A DNA stretch of 64,000 nt, taken from contig CAVQRT010000014.1 in NCBI GenBank assembly GCA_963715195.1, positions 20,428 through 84,427 of the forward strand, in the 5' to 3' direction. Source of the stretch: Thermodesulfovibrionales bacterium (GTDB taxonomy: Bacteria; Nitrospirota; Thermodesulfovibrionia; Thermodesulfovibrionales; SM23-35). The position numbers and the translations under genes were made by a program. The notes beneath the pieces were generated by a model. That model had not been told where the DNA came from and ran no database searches. It saw only the letters and a program-made list of their open reading frames with translations. Shown here piece by piece: positions 1 through 9,152 of this stretch (positions are counted from its first letter, which is position 1; the number at the start of each line of letters is the position of its first letter).

Positions 1-399
1 AAGCAATTCTTTTGTGACATCACCTCCTTTGCTTGTGAGTTCTTAAGATCAAAAAGCACAATAGTCCCCATGACGAAAACATGGGGTATACCCAAACGAG
101 TCTGAAACTGCTCATATTCGAGGAAAATAAATCACTCGTGCGGTCTTATTTCCCCTCCCCTAGGACCTGACGTATATGTATAGTTTTTTGCCTCTCATTT
201 TTAGTTTATGAATAGAGAATTTTTTTTGTACAAGAATCTTGCTTTTTTTCTTGGTAATATTGCTATTTTGAAAATATTTTTTGATTTAGGCATTCAAAAG
301 GGCTGAAAGTTGGTCAGCAAGTCGACCTCGACTATTCTGAGCGTGACAGAAGCGGGAACTAGTGTCGGTGTTTCCGCATCTCTCTGATACAATATAATC

Positions 400-1473
400 A
401 TGATCGATATTGCAAACCTTGCTGCCCAGGTAAAGAAAAACTGCAATATTTCTGATGCAAAGTTCTGGGGATATTATTCCCTCTGCGGCATTCTGCTCAG
501 GCTCAGGGAGCTATACCGGATCGAAGCCGGACTCAGACCGTATGAAAAGATTCACCAGGAGGATGTAGGTGCATGGATGACCGACAGAGAAAGTCTCTGG
601 CGGGAACTCGAACATAAGGATTATGAAAATATTTCGATAAACGGAAATCTCTTCAATCCCTTCGCCGTTGAAGGTATCAATGATGTATTGAGAGATGAAG
701 GGTTGATCTACGGTGCAGGGTACGGCCTTCATATGAAGCCTTCTTTTTTCCTTGCCGATGTTCATTCAAAACAAGCAATCGACGGTTTTCATGTTTCCAT
801 AACCGGCAGAGAGTATGCACGAGACCTTTCGGATAATCCGGCGATGTTACAGGATCGCACTATCATTGTTCGTGCAGACACCATACGGCAGCTTCTCTGG
901 CAGCGGTTTGAGGAGTTGCAGTGCAATAAGACGAAAGAAGCCCTCACCTTTGCATTCTCGCAATATGGAATACATTCTGAGGAAATGCCTTCAGAGGATA
1001 TGTACGGGCGTATTCAGGGGGTCGCACACTCTGAAGCAGAAACCTATGTATATCATGAATTGGGAGAGGCAGTTGAAGGTATGAAGATAGGGGATAACTG
1101 GAAGCTCCTTCTCACCGATCTCTCCGACGGCAGGGCAGGGCTCTTCGCCCGCGGCGTAAAAGACGTGCTTGCTGATACCTCCGAAAAAGGCATGCTGCAG
1201 TACATCATCGATCAGAGGAAAGCAGGGTCGTTGGGGTTTTACCGTGTTTTCCTGGGCGGGATGAGAAAGATCATCTTCCCGGAAATGTCCGGTGCTTTCA
1301 AGACCTTTTCTGAAACGAAAGACTGGGGCATAATCGACCAGGCCAGGAAGGAAGGGTACAGAAGGGCTGAACAGTATGTAAACCGATTGATTGAACTCTA
1401 TCAGAAGAAAAGAGATGCCGCTGCTCTTGTTGAATCTATAGAGAACGAGTTACTGAAAGACTTGCTACCTTAA
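400..1473 (+). CDS. conserved hypothetical protein, 357 aa, function unknown
   Basis: Long uninterrupted ORF with ordinary soluble-protein composition, preceded by an AT-rich promoter-like region. I recognise no catalytic motif. I have only a vague recollection of an uncharacterised deltaproteobacterial family ('Sfum_1244-like'), which is unverified. Confidence 0.6.
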   Translation: MIDIANLAAQVKKNCNISDAKFWGYYSLCGILLRLRELYRIEAGLRPYEKIHQEDVGAWMTDRESLWRELEHKDYENISINGNLFNPFAVEGINDVLRDEGLIYGAGYGLHMKPSFFLADVHSKQAIDGFHVSITGREYARDLSDNPAMLQDRTIIVRADTIRQLLWQRFEELQCNKTKEALTFAFSQYGIHSEEMPSEDMYGRIQGVAHSEAETYVYHELGEAVEGMKIGDNWKLLLTDLSDGRAGLFARGVKDVLADTSEKGMLQYIIDQRKAGSLGFYRVFLGGMRKIIFPEMSGAFKTFSETKDWGIIDQARKEGYRRAEQYVNRLIELYQKKRDAAALVESIENELLKDLLP

Positions 1474-1608
1474 AAGCAGAAGTGCAGGCATTGCTCTCGC
1501 CGAGGAGAACCGAGGCGAGAATCCATACTAAAACCAAAGATGCCCGACTACAGGATGGACATGGCGAGAAAACGATTATTTTCATGCTCCTTGTTGGCCA
1601 GGAACTCA

Positions 1609-1636
1609 CGTCATTCCCGCGCAGGCGGGAATATCA
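1609..1636. repeat. REP-like GC-rich palindrome (ATTCCCGC-GCAG-GCGGGAAT)
   Basis: Perfect 8-bp stem with a 4-nt loop at 1613-1632 in the intergenic region upstream of hisD. It generates the spurious peptide '...IPACAGMT' in a shadow ORF, which is typical of a palindromic intergenic repeat family common in environmental anaerobes. Confidence 0.6.
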
Positions 1637-1718
1637 GACGAGGACATGAAAAATTCGGAAACTCCGCTCACAAAGATTCCTTGAATAATCATACCCCAAC
1701 GGGTAGAATTATTTTTGC

Positions 1719-3005
1719 ATGAAAATTCTGAAAACAGAACGGGAGATAGAGGCCTTTCTCGCCATTCTCGAAGACAGGGCTTCCGGCGGCGGCCGGGCAA
1801 TTGAACAGAGCGTCAGAAGGATCCTGGATGATGTGAGAAAGGATGGCGACAGCGCTGTCCTCCGGTACACGAAGGGATTTGATTTTGCAGGGACAACCCG
1901 GCTTTCTGTCTCTCCCAGGGAAGTTTCGTGCTATGCTGCCCGGGCGGATAAAAAATTAATCAGGGCTCTCAAAGCCTCAGCGAAGAGAATCAAAGCATTC
2001 CATGAAAGACAGCGGGAGGAATCCTGGTCATTTACCGAAGATGGGGCTCTTCTCGGTCAGGTCATCAGGCCGATCGAACGGGTAGGGGTCTATATACCCG
2101 GTGGAAAAGCTTCGTATCCTTCTACCGTCTTGATGAACGTTATCCCCGCCCAGGTTGCGGGAGTAAAGGAAATAGCTCTCTGTGTGCCTGCACCACAAGG
2201 GGAGATGAATCCCTGTGTAATGGCAGCAATTCAAATGCTCGGTGTTCGGGAAGTATGGCGTATCGGTGGAGCCCAGGCAATCGGTGCGATGGCATACGGG
2301 ACAAAAACAGTAAAAAAGGTGGACAAGATTGTCGGTCCGGGCAATATCTACGTGGCGACTGCCAAGAAGATGGTCTTCGGTATGGTTGATATCGACATGA
2401 TTGCAGGGCCGAGCGAAATACTGATTATCGCAGACAATGCAGCAGACCCTGTATTTGTGGCAGCTGATCTGCTCAGCCAGGCAGAGCATGACGAACTTGC
2501 CTCATCCGTCCTGATAACGGATTCCCAACAGGTAGCAGGTAGTGTTCTTGCGGAATTGCAGGCACAGCTTGATGCATTGAAGAGGAGAAAGATCGCACAA
2601 AAATCACTCGAAGCGTATGGGGCTATTATAATCACAAAAGACCTGCATAAGGCTGCGGAAATCGCTAACCGGATTGCTCCCGAGCACCTTGAGATCATGA
2701 CCGAGAGGCCACAACGGATGTTGCCGCTCATACGGAACGCGGGGGCTATTTTTCTGGGGAAATGGACACCAGAAGCCCTCGGGGATTATGCAGCGGGCCC
2801 GAACCACACGCTTCCAACCGGCGGGACCGCGCGGTTTTCGTCACCCCTCGGTGTGTATGACTTCATCAAACGTTCCAGTATCCTGAAATTTTCGAAGAAA
2901 GGGTTCAGCAATCTCGCTGAAACAGTGAGGAGAATCGCTGATGCCGAAGGACTTGAAGCGCATGGGAATACCGTAAGGGTGAGAGAAAGAAGGAAGGGAG
3001 ATTAG
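1719..3005 (+). CDS. hisD: histidinol dehydrogenase
   Basis: 428 aa, with the typical HisD length and motifs (..GPGNIYVATAKK.., ..SQAEHDELA.., ..GDYAAGPNHTLPT..). Confidence 0.95.
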   Translation: MKILKTEREIEAFLAILEDRASGGGRAIEQSVRRILDDVRKDGDSAVLRYTKGFDFAGTTRLSVSPREVSCYAARADKKLIRALKASAKRIKAFHERQREESWSFTEDGALLGQVIRPIERVGVYIPGGKASYPSTVLMNVIPAQVAGVKEIALCVPAPQGEMNPCVMAAIQMLGVREVWRIGGAQAIGAMAYGTKTVKKVDKIVGPGNIYVATAKKMVFGMVDIDMIAGPSEILIIADNAADPVFVAADLLSQAEHDELASSVLITDSQQVAGSVLAELQAQLDALKRRKIAQKSLEAYGAIIITKDLHKAAEIANRIAPEHLEIMTERPQRMLPLIRNAGAIFLGKWTPEALGDYAAGPNHTLPTGGTARFSSPLGVYDFIKRSSILKFSKKGFSNLAETVRRIADAEGLEAHGNTVRVRERRKGD

Positions 3006-3100
3006 AACCTTGATAGCGAAAAGGCTGATTGTTTGCATGTGTTGTGTGCTGTTCTGGATTGGTTGTTCAAAGCCCGCATAACCGGCTGAGTGGAAAACCG

Positions 3101-5524
3101 ATGAAGCAATCCATACTTGAGAATCTTCGTTCCCGCGTTGCGAAGCTTCCTCAGAACGCGACACCGAACGACTGGTACTTGGCCCTTTCTTTCGCAGTCA
3201 GAGACAGGATGATGCAGCAGTGGATTGATTCCCTTCAGAATTATACTGAAGATATTCCCGTCGTCGCATATTTGTCTGCTGAATTTCTCCTGGGACCGCA
3301 ACTCAGGAATATCCTCGTTAACCTCGGTATGTATGACGAGGCTTTTGATGCCGCGAAGGAGTTGGGCATTCGTCTGGCCGACCTGCTGCAGCAGGAAGAA
3401 GAACCCGGACTCGGCAATGGTGGCAAAGGGGGCATCGCGGCCTGCACGATGGATTCACTTTCTACCCTTGAGGTGCCTGCAATTGCCTACGGTGTACGCT
3501 ATGAATTCGGCTCCTTCAAACAGGAGATACGGGACGGGTGGCAGGTCGAAATGACTGATGCATGGCTCGCCTCAGGAAGCCCCTGGGAGATTCTGCGCCC
3601 GGAGATAGCATATGCGATAAAACTGGGCGGCTCCACCGAGTCGTATTATGATGAGCAGGACTGCTTTCGTGTGCGATGGATTCCCAAATTTTCTGTGAAA
3701 GGCACAGCCTACGATACTCCGGTAACAGGATATAAAGGTGGTATGACGAATCTGCTGCGCCTCTGGAAGGCAGAGGCCATAGAATCCTTTGATTTTGAAG
3801 CATTGAAAACAGGAGATTACTTCGGAGCACTCAACGAGAAGATTGCTTCACAATCGGTCAGCAAGATCCTCTATCCCGATGACGAGCCTTATGCCGGCAA
3901 ACAGTTGCGGCTTGCACAGCAGTATTTCTTCGTCTCCTGCGCTCTCCAGGACATGATCCGGCTGCACCTCCTGCGCTGGAAGCCTATACACAGCTTCTCT
4001 GATTCCTTTGCGGTTCATCTCAATGATACCCCACCTGCGGTCGCTGTGGCGGAACTGATGAGACTCCTGGTGGATGAGCACCTGGTGAGCTGGGACAAAG
4101 CATGGTACATCACGCAGAATACCTTTACCCATACAAACCATACCATGCTTTTTGAAGCCCTTGAAAAATGGCCTGTCCAGCTTTTTGCCGGGATTCTTCC
4201 GAGACATCTCGAGATCATCTATGAGATCAACCGGAGGTTTCTCGACGAAATCTGCCTGATGTATCCGAACAATAATGAGGAACTTTCCCGGTTTTCGCTC
4301 ATCGATGAGAACGACCAGAAGTATGTCCGCATGTCTCATCTCGCGGCGCTCGGTGGACGCGCGATCAACGGGGTTTCGAATATGCAATCGGATCTGCTCA
4401 AGAAGACTCTGTTCCCGGAATTTTATGGGCTCTACCCGGAGAGGTTTTTTCAGGTAACGAACGGGGTGTCCCCGAGGCGCTGGATTGTCGCCTGCAATCC
4501 CTGTCTCTCCGGACTTATCACCGGTACAATCGGAGACCGCTGGATCGACGACCTGCAGGAGATACAGCAGCTTGAAACCTATGCATCCGATCCGGCCCTC
4601 ATACAGAAATGGCAGGAAATGAAGCGTGAAAACAAAGCCGGACTCGGATCCATTATCCGCGAAAAAACGGGAATTTCCGTCGACCCCGGCACCTTGTTTG
4701 ATATTCAGATAAAGCGACTCCACGAATCGAACCGCCAGCATCTCAATTTGCTCCATATCCTCACGCTTTTTAACAGGGTCAAGAAGAGTCCTCAGACAGA
4801 CATAACACCCCGCACATTCATATTCGGGGGTAAGGCATCACCCGGGTATTTTCTTGCACAGCTCATTCTCAAACTGATCAATTCTGCTGCAGGGATAATC
4901 AACAATGACCCGGATGTGGCGGGACGCCTGAAGGTTGTTTTCATTCCCGACCTGAATATGAAAAATTATCAGAATATCTGCCCGGCAGCCGACCTCTCAG
5001 AACAGATTGCCACAGCGGGGCGTGAAGCCTCCGGCACCGGAAGCATGAAGCTGGCCATGAACGGCGCATTGACTGTCGGGTCGTTGAATGGAACGACTCT
5101 TGAAATCGCAGCAGATGTCGGGAACGAAAATCTTTTCCTCTTCGGGTTGACCGCTGAAGAAGTTGCAGCCGCGAAATCGCATGGCTACAATCCCATGGAT
5201 TCCTATCGTGCACATGCAGAATTGAAAGAGGTTATCGATCTCATCAGTTCAGGAATTTTTCTGAAGCAGGATGCAACCCTCTTCAAGCCTTTGCTTGACT
5301 CACTCCTCAATCGTGACGAATACATGGTTCTTGCTGATTACCAGTCGTATATCGACTGCCAGAATCGGGTGAGTGCTGCATTCGGAGATCAAAAGAAGTG
5401 GACACAGATGTCGATCCTTACCGTTGCGCGCATGGGGCGGTTTTCATCGGACCGTGCTGTTCGTGAATACTGTGAAAAAATCTGGCATGTTGCGCCGCTG
5501 AAAAGAGACAGCGAGAATATGTGA
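3101..5524 (+). CDS. glgP: glycogen/alpha-glucan phosphorylase
   Basis: The ORF is open from 3029. It carries the PLP-site motif EASGTGSMKLAMNGALTVGSLNGTTLEI plus conserved RLWKAE and YPDD blocks. I prefer the start at ATG 3101 (MKQSILENL) because the 24 upstream codons are Cys-rich and not protein-like. Confidence 0.9.
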   Translation: MKQSILENLRSRVAKLPQNATPNDWYLALSFAVRDRMMQQWIDSLQNYTEDIPVVAYLSAEFLLGPQLRNILVNLGMYDEAFDAAKELGIRLADLLQQEEEPGLGNGGKGGIAACTMDSLSTLEVPAIAYGVRYEFGSFKQEIRDGWQVEMTDAWLASGSPWEILRPEIAYAIKLGGSTESYYDEQDCFRVRWIPKFSVKGTAYDTPVTGYKGGMTNLLRLWKAEAIESFDFEALKTGDYFGALNEKIASQSVSKILYPDDEPYAGKQLRLAQQYFFVSCALQDMIRLHLLRWKPIHSFSDSFAVHLNDTPPAVAVAELMRLLVDEHLVSWDKAWYITQNTFTHTNHTMLFEALEKWPVQLFAGILPRHLEIIYEINRRFLDEICLMYPNNNEELSRFSLIDENDQKYVRMSHLAALGGRAINGVSNMQSDLLKKTLFPEFYGLYPERFFQVTNGVSPRRWIVACNPCLSGLITGTIGDRWIDDLQEIQQLETYASDPALIQKWQEMKRENKAGLGSIIREKTGISVDPGTLFDIQIKRLHESNRQHLNLLHILTLFNRVKKSPQTDITPRTFIFGGKASPGYFLAQLILKLINSAAGIINNDPDVAGRLKVVFIPDLNMKNYQNICPAADLSEQIATAGREASGTGSMKLAMNGALTVGSLNGTTLEIAADVGNENLFLFGLTAEEVAAAKSHGYNPMDSYRAHAELKEVIDLISSGIFLKQDATLFKPLLDSLLNRDEYMVLADYQSYIDCQNRVSAAFGDQKKWTQMSILTVARMGRFSSDRAVREYCEKIWHVAPLKRDSENM

Positions 5525-5637
5525 GAAGGCTTCGGGGGTCAAGGTATTCAAGGATACACGTGGATACTTCAGGATTATAAGCGTTCAGTCTGCGTCAGAA
5601 ATCCTTTTACTATTGTATAAAGGAGGGAAAATCTGCA

Positions 5638-6360
5638 ATGAATACGAAGGGCTTATCAGAAATCGTTCAGTCCTCTTCGCTCCTCGGCCAAGTTGTTGGT
5701 GCGGAAAAACTTTTCCTGTCAGGCCGGAGGAAACGGGGCGAGGACCTTGAGAGTGCTGTAAGGTTTTTTCTCGAATTCCTGCATGGATTCGAGAGCTTTG
5801 AATTTGACGGCCCCTGTGTGACCCTATTCGGGTCGGCACGTTTTCAGGAACGGCACCGCTACTACGAACTCGCCCGCGAGCTGGGACGGGCGCTCGCCCA
5901 GGCAGGGTATGCTGTCATGACCGGCGGAGGCCCCGGGATTATGGAGGCTGCAAACAGGGGGGCTAAGGAAGGCGGGGGATTAAGTCTTGGATGCAATATC
6001 AAGCTCCCGTTTGAGCAGAAACCAAACCCCTACCTCGATAAGTTTATCGAATTTGAGCATTTTTTTGTGCGGAAAGTTATGCTGGTGAAATACTCCTCTG
6101 CGTTTGTCGTGATGCCGGGCGGGTTTGGTACGCTCGACGAGGCTTTTGAGGTGATAACGCTGGCCCAGACCGGCAAGCTTGAGCGGTTTCCGGTTGTGGG
6201 CATGGTCAGGGATTTTTGGGATCACCTTCGCCGTTTTATGAATGATACACTGCTGGCTGAGGGAACCATCAGCCGTGAGGATATGGATTTGATGCACGGG
6301 GCAAACACCGTTGAGGATGCGATTCGTATCATCCGTGGTCTTTCCCGGGGGAGTTTTTAG
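5638..6360 (+). CDS. LOG family / TIGR00730-type Rossmann-fold protein (cytokinin riboside 5'-monophosphate phosphoribohydrolase-like)
   Basis: Motifs GGGPGIMEAANRGA and PGGFGTLDE are present, and a GGAGGG ribosome-binding site precedes the ATG. Confidence 0.85.
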   Translation: MNTKGLSEIVQSSSLLGQVVGAEKLFLSGRRKRGEDLESAVRFFLEFLHGFESFEFDGPCVTLFGSARFQERHRYYELARELGRALAQAGYAVMTGGGPGIMEAANRGAKEGGGLSLGCNIKLPFEQKPNPYLDKFIEFEHFFVRKVMLVKYSSAFVVMPGGFGTLDEAFEVITLAQTGKLERFPVVGMVRDFWDHLRRFMNDTLLAEGTISREDMDLMHGANTVEDAIRIIRGLSRGSF

Positions 6361-6365
6361 CGCCT

Positions 6366-6662
6366 ATGGGGCAGGAGAGAGATACTGAACGGATCATTCG
6401 TGAGTTCAGATTACGACAGAGCAGGCAGTTCATTGCCATAGGGCTGACACTTTTTCTGCTGTTGCTTCTGGCTTTGCTCTATACCCGGTCCGATATCTTC
6501 GGGGTATTTTCGAAAAGCACCATCTTTCTGATGCAAATCGTCATAATCGCCTTATTCATCGGCTTCAGCGCGTTGAACTGGAGGTGTCCGTCATGCAACA
6601 AATATCTGGGGAGCGACATCAACAGGCGAATGTGTAAACACTGCAGGGCCAGACTGGGGTAA
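6366..6662 (+). CDS. small membrane protein with C-terminal zinc-ribbon (CPSC...CKHC)
   Basis: 98 aa with two predicted hydrophobic helices followed by a CxxC-x15-CxxC motif. It lies 5 bp after the LOG gene. Confidence 0.5.
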   Translation: MGQERDTERIIREFRLRQSRQFIAIGLTLFLLLLLALLYTRSDIFGVFSKSTIFLMQIVIIALFIGFSALNWRCPSCNKYLGSDINRRMCKHCRARLG

Positions 6663-6749
6663 GATAAAAAAAGCATAGACAAGAAAGATGACAGACATAT
6701 ATGCACGACATAAAATGTCTTTTCTGATTCTACGTGGAGGTTAAATTTT

Positions 6750-7085
6750 GTGGGGAGCCGAAAAAGGATAACATTCAGGAAAAAACAGGCAAAAAAGCCC
6801 GCAGAAGACAAACCCGTCGATGAAATCGTCAGGGAATTAAAAGAGCGCAGTGTGAGCACATCCGACTACCGGGAACAATCACTCAAAATACACGGGTTTA
6901 TCTGCGCCAAATGCGGGAGGGAGTTTAGCCCCAAGGACCGGCGTCTTCTTACGGTGCATCATAAGGACGGGAACCGCCTCAATAATCCTGCTGATGGTTC
7001 CAACTGGGAGAACCTCTGTATTTATTGCCATGAGGACGAACACAGCAGGGCGATACTGGGAGATTATCTGAGAGGGAAAAGCTGA
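6750..7085 (+). CDS. yajD: YajD-type HNH nuclease family protein
   Basis: 111 aa with a GTG start. It aligns by eye to E. coli YajD (..YREQSLKIHGFICAKCGREF..LTVHHKDGN..NNPADGSNWENLCIYCHEDEHSR). Confidence 0.8.
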   Translation: MGSRKRITFRKKQAKKPAEDKPVDEIVRELKERSVSTSDYREQSLKIHGFICAKCGREFSPKDRRLLTVHHKDGNRLNNPADGSNWENLCIYCHEDEHSRAILGDYLRGKS

Positions 7086-7095
7086 TGTTGCCCTT

Positions 7096-7290
7096 GTGAT
7101 TTATCCACTGTCAAGGTCGTATAATATATGTGTGGACAAGAGGGTGATACAGAAGAATCCCTGCCCGGACTGTACTTTTTGTCAGCAATGCTGCAATTCC
7201 CGCTGCAATATCTGCCGGCCTCAGCACCGTAAGAAAAGTGAGAAGGACAAAAAGCCAAAAATACACAGACCCCTCTTCCTCAAATTCTGA
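7096..7290 (+). CDS. putative Cys-rich small basic protein (CPDCTFCQQCCNSRCNIC + Lys/Arg tail)
   Basis: 64-codon ORF with a GTG start in the 400-bp gap between yajD and the carbonic anhydrase gene. A TATAAT box lies at 7120-7125. The start codon and expression are uncertain. Confidence 0.3.
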   Translation: MIYPLSRSYNICVDKRVIQKNPCPDCTFCQQCCNSRCNICRPQHRKKSEKDKKPKIHRPLFLKF

Positions 7291-7508
7291 CGACCGGTGG
7301 GCATGATATGATGGATGCATGTTCCCTGTCTTCCCAGGCAATAACCTCTGGCAATATCTGAGAGAAAATTATACAATAGCGGCATTATTTTCCTGTCAGT
7401 TTGTCGTACAATATGGTTTACAAAAGGGGGTGATGACAGAACAGGATTTTTATTTCCATTCAAATATAACCGGCAAGACAGAACTGACCAAAAATGAAGG
7501 AGGGAACG

Positions 7509-8300
7509 ATGATAAGAAAATACGGTTGTGTTATTTTTGCACTTTTCATGATAATCAGCATAGTCGGATGTAAGCAGGAAGAAAAGCCCGCTGAAAAACC
7601 TGCTGGAGAGGTGAAACACGAAGTTCACTGGGGATACGAGGGAGAAGGTGCACCTGCGAACTGGGGAAACTTAAAACCGGAATTTGCACTGTGCGGAACC
7701 GGGCAATCGCAATCTCCCATTGATATTGGAAAAACATACAAGACCGCATTGGAACCCGTCGGTTTTGCCTATGCGCAGACTCCATTGAAAATTATTAATA
7801 ATGGTCATGCTGTACAGGTAAACGTTGAACCAGGGAGTTCCGCTATGATAGACGGAGAAAAATATGAATTGCTCCAGTTCCACTTCCACGCACCGAGCGA
7901 GCATACGGTAAAAGGCAATTTCTATGATATGGAAATGCATCTGGTGCATAAGCATGAAAACGGAGACCTGGCAGTGGTGGGCGTGATGCTGAAGAAGGGA
8001 CAGACGAATAAAATCATTCAGGTGCTCTGGGACAATCTTCCGAAGGAAGTCAATATGGAAAATGTCGTGAGCGGGATATCGGTTGATGCTACCGGTCTTC
8101 TGCCGAAAGACCACAGTGCCTTTCACTATTATGGTTCTCTAACCACCCCGCCCTGCAGTGAAGGCGTCAACTGGACTGTTTTGAAAACACCGATAGAGGT
8201 CTCCGAAGAGCAGATTCAGATGTTCCAGGCACTGATGGGTGTGGCAAACAACAGGCCTGTACAGGCTGTCAATAAGAGATTCGTACTGGAGTCGAAGTAG
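7509..8300 (+). CDS. alpha-class carbonic anhydrase, predicted lipoprotein
   Basis: Motifs HWGYEG, SQSPIDI, QFHFHAPSEH and GSLTTPPCSEGVNW are present. The signal peptide ends in the lipobox IVGC. GGAGGG lies 5 nt upstream of ATG 7509, and the ORF track's start at 7494 overlaps that SD. Confidence 0.9.
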   Translation: MIRKYGCVIFALFMIISIVGCKQEEKPAEKPAGEVKHEVHWGYEGEGAPANWGNLKPEFALCGTGQSQSPIDIGKTYKTALEPVGFAYAQTPLKIINNGHAVQVNVEPGSSAMIDGEKYELLQFHFHAPSEHTVKGNFYDMEMHLVHKHENGDLAVVGVMLKKGQTNKIIQVLWDNLPKEVNMENVVSGISVDATGLLPKDHSAFHYYGSLTTPPCSEGVNWTVLKTPIEVSEEQIQMFQALMGVANNRPVQAVNKRFVLESK

Positions 8301-8344
8301 CAGGATATTTCATACACCCGCGAAGTAATCGTTCATCTTGATAG

Positions 8345-8377
8345 AACTCCCCCCTCTCGATCCGGGAGGGGGGAGTT
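8345..8377 (+). terminator. strong GC hairpin downstream of the carbonic anhydrase gene
   Basis: 12-bp perfect stem AACTCCCCCCTC / GAGGGGGGAGTT with a 9-nt loop, 45 nt after the stop codon. The following T-tract is only short. Confidence 0.6.
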
Positions 8378-8463
8378 GCTTTAACCGGCAACTGCAGACA
8401 CTCTTCAAAAGATGGTTTTTCTTACAAGACCTGCATTTTTTTGAATCGGATAGTGAGCGCATT

Positions 8464-8549
8464 CCTCGCAGCTTGCTGCGGGGTTAGCGAGCGAATATGG
8501 AAATAATAACTCCTTGCGATAAGATACCTCGCAGCTCTGCTGCGGGGTT
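8464..8549. repeat. two copies of a 22-23 bp palindromic repeat CCTCGCAGCT(C)TGCTGCGGGGTT
   Basis: The copies lie at 8464-8485 and 8527-8549, with starts 63 bp apart. Each contains an internal hairpin (CGCAGC..GCTGCG). The region is intergenic. Confidence 0.7.
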
Positions 8550-8672
8550 CTTCATTTAACCCTGATTATTCATAAACTGTGATGCCTTGACAGGACAAAG
8601 TGTTTTCGCTCATTCTCGGTCTTCGACCTCCGAGGAATTTTGCCTCATTATTAGTGAATCAGGCGGGGGGTT

Positions 8673-9128
8673 CTACAGCTTCCTGATTCTCTCGATGATG
8701 TCAGTTGTCGATATGCCCTCAATATAGGGGATGCTGAGTGTTTCTTTTGCAATGTCAGAACCGATGATATCTTCTTTCTTCCAGTCCCCGCCTTTTACCA
8801 GGACATCAGGTTGTATGAGTGTGATCAATTCATAGGGAGTTGCCTCATTAAACAGGGTCACGTAGTCGACCATTTCGAGTGATGAGAGGACTTCTGCCCG
8901 CTGGTCCTGAGGCGTAACCGGTCTCCCCGGTTTTATGAGAGAGACAGACTTGTCTGAATTCAGTCCGACGACCAGCACATCGCCGAGTTTTTTCGCCGCT
9001 CTGAGACACCGGATATGACCGATATGGATGAGGTCAAAACATCCATTCGTAAAAACAATCTTTCGCCCCTCTGTTTTCAGACGGTGAAGAGTTGATTGCA
9101 GATCGTCCGAGTTTAGTATCCTACCCAT
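8673..9128 (-). CDS. rfaE2: D-glycero-beta-D-manno-heptose 1-phosphate adenylyltransferase (RfaE domain II type cytidylyltransferase)
   Basis: 151 aa, with ..FTNGCFDLIHIGHIRCL.. and ..VVGLNSD.. motifs of the cytidylyltransferase fold. Confidence 0.8.
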   Translation of the reverse strand: MGRILNSDDLQSTLHRLKTEGRKIVFTNGCFDLIHIGHIRCLRAAKKLGDVLVVGLNSDKSVSLIKPGRPVTPQDQRAEVLSSLEMVDYVTLFNEATPYELITLIQPDVLVKGGDWKKEDIIGSDIAKETLSIPYIEGISTTDIIERIRKL

Positions 9129-9152
9129 CTTGCCTACAACGTCATTGATCCA

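Noticed and set aside
1-30. Possible start of a minus-strand gene leaving the window (GGAGGTGATG on the reverse strand).
   Set aside because: The SD-to-ATG spacing is too short and only ~7 codons are visible, so the call cannot be supported.
7221-7628. A 135-aa minus-strand ORF and an 84-aa plus-strand ORF (7319-7573) in the yajD-carbonic anhydrase gap.
   Set aside because: Both overlap the carbonic anhydrase start region, have no SD or motifs, and have low-complexity hydrophobic or Ser-rich translations.
8464-8549. Possible miniature or degenerate CRISPR array (two 22-23 bp repeats with a ~41 bp spacer).
   Set aside because: There are only two copies, the repeats are themselves palindromic REP-like hairpins, there is no leader-like region, and there are no cas genes anywhere in the window.
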